Below are positions 23,451 through 34,254 of a stretch of DNA of 60,000 nt, piece after piece. A model generated the notes under the pieces. It was not told the DNA's origin. It ran no database searches and saw only the letters and a program-made list of their open reading frames with translations. The stretch covers positions 70,930,001-70,990,000 of the forward strand of contig CM059438.1 of assembly GCA_030390025.1 (NCBI GenBank), given 5' to 3'. The stretch's first letter is position 1; each line of letters starts with the position of its first letter. A program made the position numbers and the translations under genes. Origin of the DNA: Squalus acanthias. Lineage: Eukaryota.

Positions 23451-25438
23451 TTTTTTCAAAGGTAGCAAATCCACTCAAGTGCATACATAGATCACTCTTT
23501 AAACAGATGACACGTTTTAGGAAAACAAAAAGGCTTTATGACAGATCTAAATCACCTACCCACTTTCTTCCCTTATCTCTCACTGCCTTCCCTCTCCAGA
23601 AACTCATCTAATTGCTTCTTGAACCTACCTATACCACGTCCTTCAATCGCCTTTCCTGGTAACAAGTCTATTAACCTTTGGATGGAAAAGTTCTTCCCGG
23701 CTTCCCTACTTGCTCCTAATTTTCTCTTTTTTTTAACCTGTGTCTTTGGTATTTAAAACCTGTGAGAAATGTGCCTGGTTGATTCCTTTAATCTGAAGCC
23801 AATTCCTTGGCCTCTTACTCAGGCCAGTGCCTAATGACTAAGAGCTGGCTGCTCTTGCTGCCAAGTTGCCAATTATACCACTACCATCTCATTAAAAAGA
23901 TAAATGAAGGCGCAAGCAGCAACGACACCGCCATCACCATAAAAGCAAGATGAAGCAAGTCTTGGAGGTGGTGTCACTTCCTCCAACAGCAGCCCAGCTT
24001 TATTATGTCTGCTCGACACTAGATTGCCGAAAAATGCCAGTCCAACGTCAATGCCAGCTTTAAAAGTACAAGGAAGCCCAAACCTTGCTGGATTGAAATG
24101 CTGTGGCCGCTGGGGGCGGGGGGAAGATAGGGGTCAAATCAAAATGGTATAACTGCCTGCACCCCCTGTCCCTCTATGTCCCAATGCAACGATCAGTGCC
24201 ATCTGTCTATGATGCCGTTCCTTCCTGCTACTTGAAAGGGTTGGTCAGGTCAGACAAGATTGAATTTGCATCTTCGGATTATGCTTTACAAGTAAATACC
24301 TGGCCGAATATTGTTTGGCACGTGGAGCAATGCTCAGTACTGTTGTCGAAGGTAGTGCCAGCACAGAATGACATTTGCTCTTTACTATGTTTCTAACAGT
24401 CTTAACCTGTGTGAAATTGATGGCTTCATTCCGTATATGTGAGTTTCTGTGAAACAGCTGCAGCTGGGCTTTTCGCAGCTGGAATCAGTCACTGATTTCA
24501 AGCCCTCAAAGAACTTTTTGCAATTTTACTCCAAGTTTTCTCACAATAAACTAACCTGGGGACTTGAAGAAGGTTTGGATCCAACAGGCTCGTTGAAGGG
24601 CAATTACCATTTGTCGGTTTATTAAACCCAATGGCACTTAAAGGCTTTGCAAAATCAGAATCGTTTTTAAGTTAGGAGCTCGTCGCAGTCTTTTTGTTCT
24701 GGGACCTTTTATTTATTTTTGTGCGCTAATTGCCATTAACAACATGTTGACATTATAAAGTGTGAGCTCACGTGATCTTTGTATGTAGGCCAGGAACCCC
24801 ACAGAACTGTGAAAATGAAAGCCATGTTGCCCAAGAAAAGCAGTGAGGTTAATAGTGGTTTGCAAGATTAACTTTGCAAATGCAACACAGTTAACACGAG
24901 ACTTGTACAGAGAATGGTTTTCTCTTTCTTACCCAGGCAAGAATGGATCACGTCAAATTCTAAGACCAGGAATCTTAATCAATCCACATAGTCGAAACAC
25001 TGCTATTGAACGCTCAATTTGCTGAGCTTTCAAGGGTATCCTTGGCCAGACAACTTTTCAAACATCAAAGCATTACAAAGCTCTAACATTAATGTCTTGT
25101 ATTTTTTCTTTGCTTTTGATTGATTTGTTTGCACTCTTTTTAGTCCTGAGTGCATTGAATGCAGTCGTAGAATCTGATTGGCTTGGAGAATTATATTGGT
25201 AAACTTCCATCTTTAGGGCTCCTACTATTATCCGCTCCCACACAAAGTTCTGCACTCGAGCATTACAGACGGAAATGTACCCTTAGTGTGAGGAAATCAA
25301 GTCAACATCACTAGATATATTTAGAGAGGGCAGGTGCATCAGTTTCAGCTATGTCTGTCAATTTCACTCCATTCCATTGTCACTCAGGCTCCTTCAAGCC
25401 ACTTTGCCCCAATGATGTCATTTGCAAATCACCATTCA

Positions 25439-26049
25439 GACATGGACCATATGCAGCAGGCACCTCAAAGCACTGGAGAGGTACCACCAGCGCTTCCTCC
25501 GCAAGATCCTGCAAATCCATTGGCAGGATAGGCGCACCAACATCAGTGTTCTCGCTCAGGCCAACATCCCCAGCATCGAAGCTTTGACCACGCTCGATCA
25601 GCTCCGATGGACGGGCCACATCGTCCGCATGCCCGATACGAGTCTCCCAAAAGAAGCGCTCTACTCGGAGCTCCGACACAGCAAGAGAGCCCCAGGTGGG
25701 CAGAGGAAACGCTTCAAGGACACCCTCAAAGCCTCCTTGAAAAAGTGCAACATCCTCACCGACACCTGGGAATCCCTGGCCCAAGACCACACAAAGTGGA
25801 GGAGAAGCATCCGGGAAGGCGCCGAACACCTCGAGTCTCTTTGCCGGGAGCAAGCGGAAGCCAAGCGCAAACAGCGGAAGGAGCGCACGTCAACCCAAGC
25901 ACCCCACCCACCTGTCCCTTCAACCACCGTCTGCCCCACCTGTGACAGAGACTGTAGGTCCCGCATTGGACTCATCAGTCACCTGAGAATTCATTTTTAG
26001 TGTGGAAGCAAGTCATCCTCGGTTCCGAGGGACTGCCTAAGAAGAGAAG
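25439..26049 (+). mobile_element. 5'-truncated RTE-clade LINE, young
   Basis: Open frame TWT...LERYHQRFLRKIL.I.WQDR...QLRWTGHIVRM...GGQRKRFKDTLK ending in a C2H2 finger CPTCDRDCRSRIGLISHLRIH; aagaagagaaga tail; TSD accattca at 25431-25438 and 26050-26057. Confidence 0.92.
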
Positions 26050-26075
26050 ACCATTCAAACAAAAATATTTAAGAG

Positions 26076-26230
26076 ATCATAGAATCATATAGTATAAAAG
26101 GAGACCACTCAGCCCATCGTGCCTGTGCTGGCTCTTTGAAAGAGCTATCCAATGACTGCCAATCCCCTACTCTTTCCCCATAGCTCTGCAAATAGTATAC
26201 ATCCAATTCCCTTTTGAAAGTTACTACTGA
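26076..26230 (-). mobile_element. CR1 3' end
   Basis: atcatagaatcatatag tail; similar to 7817-7980. Confidence 0.75.
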
Positions 26231-26294
26231 ACTTAAACTTCCTCTTTTTTTTGTCAATCTATATTGATTCGTTTGAAATATTTGTGGATTGTGG

Positions 26295-26485
26295 AGCTCG
26301 CTACCACATGGAGTGGTTGAGATGAACAGCATAGACGCATTTAAGGGGAAGCTAGATAAGTACATGAGGAAGAAAGGAATAGAAGGATATGTTGATAGGG
26401 TGAGATGAAGTAAATAGAGTGGGAGGAGGCTCGTATGGAGCATGAACACTGAATGGCCTGTTCCTGTGCTATTAATTCTATGTAT
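26295..26485 (+). mobile_element. CR1 3' end
   Basis: gcatttaaggggaagctagataagtacatgagg...gaatggcctgttcctgtg. Confidence 0.7.
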
Positions 26486-26899
26486 TTTTGTTTAAATGGT
26501 GTTTATGGGACGTGTAGTTGAGAGGAGGTGAGAAGATGAATAAACGAGAACAGTACAAGTGACACGCTCACTAAAGCACGGCAGGTTAATAATAAAAGGG
26601 TTGAATTTCCTACAGGTGATCATTTTTTTGTGAAAAGTGAGTATGAGTGTAGAATGGGAGTTCCGCAATATTAGTTTAGTTCGCTCACGGTGCCGGCTTC
26701 AATATCTCCTGTGAGCCATTTCCCCCTAATGCAGTCATCATTTCTCCTTGTTTAAAACTAAAAATATTGAATGATAATCTGCTGAAGTAAAGTGAAAGAT
26801 GCTAAAATTCATCAGAATCATTTGATCCTTCCACAGATGCACCAAAGGAATCCTTGTTACTTCCTCTAGATCAGGACTGTCCACACTTCTAATCTTAAA

Positions 26900-27290
26900 A
26901 GAAAAAAGAAAGAACTTGCATTTATATAGCGCCTTTCATGAACACAGGACGTCCCAAAGCACTTTACAGCCAATGAAATACTTTTGGAGTGTAGTCACTG
27001 TTGTAATGTAGGAAACGCAGCAGCCAATTTGCTCCCACAAACAGCAATGTGATAATGACCAGATAATCTGTTTTTGTGATGTTGATTGAGGGATAAATAT
27101 TGGCCAGGACACCAGGGATCACTCCACTGATCATCTTCGAAATAGTGCCATGGGATCTTTTACGTCCACCAGAGAGAGCAGACGAGGCCTCGGTTTAACG
27201 TCTCATCTGAAAGACGGCACCGCCGACAGTGCAGCGCTCCCTCAGCACTGCACTGGAGTGTCAGCCTAGACTTTTGTGCTGAAGTCCCTG
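26900..27290 (-). mobile_element. Deu-domain SINE (SacSINE1/AmnSINE1-like)
   Basis: Reverse complement of the family at 31106-31540. Confidence 0.88.
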
Positions 27291-29459
27291 GTTGGCTGCT
27301 TAGGTGCCACATTGGCCGCATACAAAGTTTGAGCCAATGTTCTCATTAATTTGCGTATATCTCAAAGGCTGATCCTAACAGACCGTGCATGGTATTTTAT
27401 TTTAGGATTTATCCACCAGTGAGGTCACAGCACTGAGAATAGCCCTTGCTCAACCTCCATGCTCAAGGAATTCAAACAGGATAAATGAGCGAACAAAAAA
27501 TATAATCACAAATAGAATTGAATTGCCTCGGTTTCAAGGGCCCGATTGCCAGGGCTCTTGGGTGTGATACTGGACATAGTTTGGACATAGCTTGGACAAC
27601 CCTGCTCTAGACAGTCAAGTTTGATCATCTTCTCGTAGTGGTGGGATTGTCTCTTTAAAAAAACACGAACGCTGGAAATCAGAAATAGCAGCGGGAGATG
27701 CTAGCAATGCACAGCGGGTCAATCAGCACCTGAGGGAAAAGACAATGGTCATGTTTCGGGTAGTTAACCGATCTTTCCTCTCTCAGATAGCAGGCTGGGC
27801 TCCTGTGCGTTCATCTTAAATTAAAGTTAACACTGGGTCCTTGCAACTGATTGAATATTTAAGTCCATCTATTTTAACTGCTATCTTTTCCTTATGATGA
27901 TGAGGAAAAAAAGCAATCTGTAACTCGAAAGACACCAACAGCATTCTTGTGTGACGGTAAATTATTTATTGCAGTAAACAAATGATACCAGGAACGGCTG
28001 CAAATTCGTAGATGGCAATTCTGAGTTAAACTAATCTTATTCCCGTGCCAGTTCTCACAAAATATCTTCTCTTGGGATGTTTGTTCAACGCTTTAGGAAG
28101 ACATATAGTCTACCTTTAAAAACTGCCTGGCCCTCATTTTGATAGCTGGCATACTCCCGCCTGACTGTGGGGTGGGAGCAGGTTAAGCGCTTGCATTATT
28201 TTTCAGTTTATGAAAACTGTAGACCAGCGTGGAACGTTAGCCAAATTATTGACCTGAAAAGACCTATTGTTGTAAAAGAGATTTACTTAAAAAAAAATTA
28301 TTTTAAAGATTGCAGAATAGCTGCAAGATTTTTTTAAATTAAAAAAAAAAGCAAGTGCTTTTATTGCATTACTGTACTCTTGATCATTCTTTGGTCTACA
28401 TGGTCTGACCCCCACTGAGAATTGGTATGTTCCATATTTTTCTGGCATATTTTAAACTACGGCCCCTTAAAGACTTTGCTTTCCTTCTGTGAGGAATCCA
28501 ATACTCTGAGCTCATAAGCTCTGCTTCAGTCCAAAGAGCTCAAAAGGCTCTGATGTTTGTTAGGCCCCACTACCCTTTCACCGTGGCCCCAAGTCACAGG
28601 AGACCTTGTCTCAAGATTGTTCAGCTTTTACTTCTGGCTAACATTAAAACGAAAAAACAACTGGGAGATTACAGTCAGTGAAAAGCTGGGGCAGGAAGGG
28701 AATTAAACTAAGATGAAGGTGGTATCTAATCGGTTATGGCTGGTGTCTGAGTCTGCCTTTTCTTACCGACAGCACTTTTGCAAGTGAACCCATGGGTTTT
28801 GTAGGTCAGTTAAGTTCCCAAACTCACTTTTATGTTTTTGTAACATATCTAGGACGCTTACACAGGCAATTAATTTTTTTTTTGCGATGTGGTTCTGCAG
28901 TGTGATATGTAAGTTGTAAATGCACCATAAGTACTAGTTCTTTTCTGAATATACAACATTAAAATGGCAGTTTGCATGCCAAGGCCAAGATTATAATAAA
29001 ATCAATATTTTTCAGTGAGGCCTGAAAGGACTCGCTACTAAGCTGCCCCAGTCAGTCTGTCTGTGTATCGTTGTATTTGTAACACTGTTGAATAACAAGC
29101 GTGTTAAATAAAGGATTGGCTCCGAAGTGAACCTCACTGAGGGTAATGCAAAAGTAAAAATCTGGCATTTATTTTCTTAGTTCTCAGTCACTTGGTACCA
29201 CTGCTAAAATGAAGAATAAAAGGAATTAACTTTGTAAAAGGTTGCAGCGTAAAAGCAGTTGTTTTAAGGGCACAGTGTTCAAGTTGATGTGCTTCTATCT
29301 GTCTGTGTGCATGGGTGTGAGACACAGTAGCTGATTCATTTTTGACATGTGTCAGGATGACAGTGAAAGAGGGGCATGAAGTCACTTGCACAAAAGAACT
29401 GAAAGTATGGAGCAGCAGCTGCGTGCTCTTAAAGAGAGAATTAGCGAGAAGTACACGTT

Positions 29460-29750
29460 AACCTCGAGGAGGCCCCGTCTGCCTTCTCAGGTGGACGTAA
29501 AAGATCCCACAGCACTATTCGAAGAAGAGCAGGTGAGTTCTCCCCGGTGTCCTGGCCAACATTTATCCCTCAACCAATACCTAAAAACAGATTATCTAGT
29601 CATTTATTTAATTGCTGTTTGTGAGATATTACGGTGCACTAATCGGTTGCCGTGCTTCCTACATTACAACAATGACTATCCTTCAAAAGTACTTCTTTGA
29701 TTGTAAAGTGCTTTGGGACATCCCAAGGTTGTGAAATATTTGTCTTTTCT
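29460..29750 (+). mobile_element. Deu-domain SINE, 5'-truncated
   Basis: gaggccccgtctgccttctcaggtggacgtaaaagatccc...tatccctcaacc. Confidence 0.85.
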
Positions 29751-31105
29751 TTTTTACTGTACCACACAAATGGGAGTTTCCTTGAGGTGAATTGGTATTA
29801 TTGCAGTCATTCATAAACTGTCTTTTGTTTCTTTAATGAGGGAACATAAATGCCCTCAGCTGCTTCTTCCTTCCTCCTCCCGCAACTGTTTTTTTTCCCC
29901 CTTGCTTCTGGCTCACTGGTCTCTGCCAGCAAGATGACTACCACCAACAGCATGACAGACCACCCTCGGTGGCCCAGAGAGAGGACCTCGTCCTATTTTC
30001 CTCCCAACTGGGAGTTTGTCAGCCTCTGTACTAGCACCTCCCTGCTTAGCACAGGTCAGTTCAGGGACTGATTGCAGCGAGGGGGCTATGTGTGGGTGCT
30101 CCAATGGGCAGCACCTCCACACCTGCAATCCATAGGCTGAGTAGCATTTTTTCTCTTTGCCATGCTTCTCGGGAGATGAGCGATCAAGGTTGGCTGCTGC
30201 CAGTGGCTAAAGCACTATTCAATAAAGTTGCAGACTACGAGGCTGCCAAGATCATTTCAACAAAACATTTTTTTTTTTGCTGAAGATTTTAAGAGGACAA
30301 AGTTCACATGGAAGCATCAAAATGACGGTCCGACTTTTTAAACACATTTAAAGAGCATTTCTGAAAATGTGATGATAGCCTCGCAAATGATAGATATCAC
30401 CAAGTGGTTTGCAAGACCTGAATGCCTGGGGTCCCTTAAAATGTGTCTATTTTTTTTCTTTAAACTGGTTGCACACATTATTAATAGAAATTAAATGTGA
30501 TGCCGACATGAAAATAAACTCTTGAAAGTTATGCGGTTCAGTGTTTGTACAGTAAGTGCGTCACTGACTGGCAAGTGTGTACTTGCCACACACATGCACC
30601 TTTTATAATTATATGCTCATTACCAGAACTATCAAAAGCTTAAAGCAGGCAGAAAAGTTACAGGAAAGTAGATTTTATCAGCACTCAATTGCTCTATATT
30701 GCACATGGAGCTAAAGTGTTATTGCCTTGTGTTGTGTCAGATTATTATATATTTATTAAATAGATTAAATGGAAACTGAAAGTAGCCATACATGGCTTTT
30801 AATCTGCCCAGATACGATTAATGAACCAGATCCCCTGTCGATCCTCGGGGAGCAATGCGAGCTGTTTGAACTCAGGCCTTCGCTCCACGCTCAATAATAT
30901 TTCAAACAAAAAGACCAAAGTTGAAAATTAAATATACATAATTATTTATCTACTCTTTCCTTTTTTTTAAAAAAAAAGCAAGAAATTGTAGATTCAGCAT
31001 TGGATTGACACTGGCTGGCAATAGGCACAGAGTGGTGACATTTTTTTTGGAGGTTTTCACTTTTGCCTGTGGATGGGCTGATGTGCTGCTCACAGTGGAG
31101 TCTGC

Positions 31106-31117
31106 CATGGCTCAGTT

Positions 31118-31148
<31 letters not shown>

Positions 31149-31540
31149 GAGGGCTCTTGTCCCACTCCAGAGACTTGAGTACAAAATCTAGATTGACACT
31201 GCCAGTGCCGCACTGAGGGAGTGCTGCACTCTCGGAGGTGCCGTCTTTCAGATGAGACGTCAAACCGAGGCCCCGTCTGCTCTCTCAGATGGACATAAAG
31301 GATCCCATGGCACTATTTCAAAGAAAAGCACGGGAGTTCTCCTGGTGTCCTGGCCAATATTTATCCCTCAATCAACATAACAAAAACAGATTATCTGGTC
31401 ATTTATCACATCGCTGTTTGCGGGAGCTTGCTGTGCGCAAATTGGCTGCTGCGTTTCCAACATTATAGCAGTGACTACACTTCAAATAGTACTTCATTGG
31501 CTGTAAAGCGCTTTGGGGCATCCTGAGGTTGTGAAAGGCT
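31106..31540 (+). mobile_element. Full-length tRNA-headed Deu-domain SINE
   Basis: Pol III A-box tggctcagttgg, degenerate B-box, central conserved domain, and LINE-like tail gctttggggcatcctgaggttgtgaaaggc. Several copies occur in the window. Confidence 0.9.
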
Positions 31541-31709
31541 TCTTTTTTCTGTAAACTGAACTAACAGACACTGTTTGTGTGAGGAGTCTAGAATTATTTG
31601 AATGGGAGCTGCTTGTTGTTTTGCTCTTTAGAAAATGAATTGTGGAATGTAGCTTCGACCCCACCGTTCTTGACACGTCCACTTCCCGATCTGTCTCATG
31701 TTGTGTCTT

Positions 31710-32065
31710 AACCCACTCCAGGATCCGAGCACATGATCTAGGCTGGCAATTCAGTGCAGTACTGAGGGAGTGCAATATTGTTGGAAGTGCCATCCTTTTA
31801 GTGTGATATTAAACCATGCCACATCTGCTGGTTAAATACGTTAGAGATCCCATTGTGCTATTCGTGTTCTCCTGGTGCCCTGGCTAACACTCTTCTTTCA
31901 CCCAACACCACCAAAATGCATTAATTGGTCATTCACTTCATTCCTGATTGTGGGATCTTGCTGTTCAAAATGGCTGCCATGACATTAGCCACTGCACTTC
32001 GGTTGTTCATTGTATGCAAAGTGCTTTAAGATATTTCTGATAGACATGATAAGGTGCAGGTCTTT
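31710..32065 (+). mobile_element. Older, diverged Deu-domain SINE
   Basis: cagtgcagtactgagggagtgc...ttctcctggtgccctggc. Confidence 0.7.
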
Positions 32066-32269
32066 AACAGGCAAAGCTGATTATGACATCCCTTGCAAAA
32101 TCTGGACAGTTAGATATACAACTAGTGATATTCTGAACATAATGAGAATATTTTTTTCTTTCTCCGGTTACCTAGATTTGTTATTTCAAGTGGTGGCCTT
32201 AAGGAGTCTGGCTGTTATTTGTTAATCATTTCACATGTGCTCCAGATCCTAGACTACTAGAGAGAGAGA

Positions 32270-33010
32270 GAGAAAGAAAGAAAGGAGAGAAAGAAAGAAA
32301 GAATTGCATTTACAGCCAATGAAGTACTTTTCAAGTGTTGTAATGTAGGAAACGCGGCAGCCAATTTGCGCTCAGCAAACTCCCACGAACAGCAGCGTGA
32401 TAATGACCAGATTATCTGTTTTTGTGATGTTGATTGAGGGATAAATATTAGCCAGGATACCGGGGATAACTCCCCTGCTCTTCGAAATACAGGAAACTCT
32501 CGTTTAAACGGCACCTAACTATCCGGAATTCTCTATTAACCGGCAAAATTCATACTCCAAAAACAACACCTCAATAACCATTTTGTTTTACTGTTAAGTA
32601 ATTAAAGAGTTATGGATTACCCTCAACTGGCAGTACTGTATTTAATCAAGCATCTTCCACCATCCATTTAACACAACATTCTGTAGGTGAGTACCCAATT
32701 ACTGTATACTGCACATTTCTTGATTTTTTTATTTTTGTTTGTTAAAAATAGCCTCGGTAGATAACCCTCTCCATCATCCGGAATTTTTAATCAACCGGCA
32801 CCATCCCAGTCCCATCGGTGCCGGATACCAAAGAGTTTCCTGTCGTACCTTGGGATCTTTTACGGCCACCTGAGAGAGCAGACGGGGCCTCGGTTTAACG
32901 TCTCATCTGAAAGACGGCACCTCCGACAGTGCAGCACACCCTCAGTACTGCACTGGAGTGTCAGCCTAGATTTTCGTGCTCATGTCTTTGGAGTGGAACT
33001 TGAACCCACA
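32270..33010 (-). mobile_element. Deu-domain SINE interrupted by a MITE
   Basis: SINE halves 32270-32489 and 32843-33010 are collinear; B-box ttgaaccc at ~33001. Confidence 0.88.
32490..32842. mobile_element. Tc1/mariner (Tigger-like) MITE
   Basis: TIRs caggaaactctcgtttaaacggcac / gtgccggataccaaagagtttcctg; inserted after TA (right flank mutated to TC). Confidence 0.8.
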
Positions 33011-33256
33011 ACCAAAAGCAATGCCATGGGAGATTAGTATTTTCTTTTTTTTTTTAAGTATACATTTGACATATACTAATGCCATTGCCATGTCATAAAC
33101 TGCCCACTTAATAAAATGCTTGAAATTAAATCTGAATGATCTAATGGACACAGGATGTATATCCCAGCAAAGGCATTTTATTTAACAGGGTCGAAGAGAT
33201 ACCGTATAGTTTTTAATTAACCACAAGAAATGCTCAAATCAGTATTAATCTGTCAT

Positions 33257-33340
33257 ATATCATATCTCTCTCACTGTGAATCAGATATCATATCTCTCTC
33301 ACTGTGAATCAGATATTATTTCTCTCTCACTGTGAATCAG
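33257..33340 (+). repeat. Tandem repeat, 3 x 28 bp
   Basis: Unit atatcatatctctctcactgtgaatcag at 33257, 33285 and 33313. Confidence 0.95.
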
Positions 33341-33683
33341 AGGCTAGGTCTTGCGTAAGTCGACATTAACTAATATGTTGATATTAAGTTTGTTGGTGCG
33401 TGCACTGAGCATTAAGCGCGCTTTCACTTCTTTTGTACTTTTGTTTCTTGTTACGTCTCTTGGAGGTAAAAGAGCAATCAATTTAAAAATAAAATTAGCC
33501 TGTGACAAAATTGGTGTTGACGTGTTCAAACCACAATCAGACAGCTTCAGTCTATCGGCACTGTTCTGAGGTTTTCTTCTAAATGGACCCAACCCTCAGC
33601 TTCCCTCTCTTCAACCCTCCCATGTTTCCCTTTTATTTGCCAGATGGTTGCTAAGGACAAATATGCCTTGACTTGACAGTTAC

Positions 33684-33735
33684 CTCTTCTCAGCCAGGGC
33701 GGTTGGAGGGATGTGACAACCGGTCCTTAGCAACG
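33684..33735 (-). other. Candidate 52-nt exon overlapping paired RFX-like motifs
   Basis: Acceptor ttcctttctatcccag|, donor gag|gtaact, and one open frame (LLRTGCHIPPTALAEK). Confidence 0.3.
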
Positions 33736-33744
33736 CTGGGATAG

Positions 33745-34080
33745 AAAGGAAAAATGAATCGGGGTTCTTCCTTCTGACTGCTACCCATCGATCCCTGCTG
33801 CAAAGTAAGGATGCATGGACATCAGGTTGGACTACTCGGGGTGGGGCGGGGGGGGGGGTCTCTCTCCTCCCCACATCCCCTAACTCTGCACACTCAACTA
33901 CCCTGCCAGTACTCACTATCTAGGCTCACACATTAAGAATGGCCATTTGGGTGAGGAGCAATGGTGGGGGCGGGGGGGGTGGGGGTTGGTGGGGGGGAGG
34001 CAAAATGGGGTACCCAGCCTGCATCACTGCCCCTTCAGAGGAGGAAGGGAAGAAACTGGGACACAAAAATAAAAAAAATA
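33745..34080 (+). mobile_element. LF-SINE-like relic (central and 3' part)
   Basis: ctcactatctaggctcacacattaagaatggccatttgggtgagg and gcccttcagaggaggaagg match my recollection of LF-SINE and the reverse copy at 41905-43072. Confidence 0.55.
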
Positions 34081-34129
34081 ATTATTGTTGGGCCTAAGCT
34101 CCAGAGACTGGAGGTTGAGATCCAATAAG

Positions 34130-34254
34130 ACCACACGGACTGCAGCGGTTCAAGAAGGCGGCTCACTACCACCTTCTCAAGGGCAATTAGGGATGGGCAA
34201 TAAATGTTGGTCTTGCCAGCGACGCCCACATCCCATAAACAAATTTAAAAAAAA
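34130..34254 (+). mobile_element. 3' end of a LINE with an A-rich tail
   Basis: ggactgcagcggttcaagaaggcggctcactaccaccttctcaagggcaattagggatgggcaataaa...aaaaaaaa. Confidence 0.65.

Noticed and set aside
25380..25975. Overlapping antisense ORFs (157 aa and 104 aa)
   Set aside because: Shadow frames of the GC-rich RTE ORF.
31106..31180. tRNA gene (A/B boxes), also at 51391 and 57667
   Set aside because: These are SINE heads continuous with a ~430 bp repeated body; no complete cloverleaf is present.
33257..33340. CRISPR-like array
   Set aside because: Head-to-tail tandem repeat with no spacers, in eukaryotic context and with no cas genes.
33644..33805. Plus-strand coding exon after a strong polypyrimidine tract
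   Set aside because: Stops occur in all three frames and the 3' part overlaps an LF-SINE-like relic.
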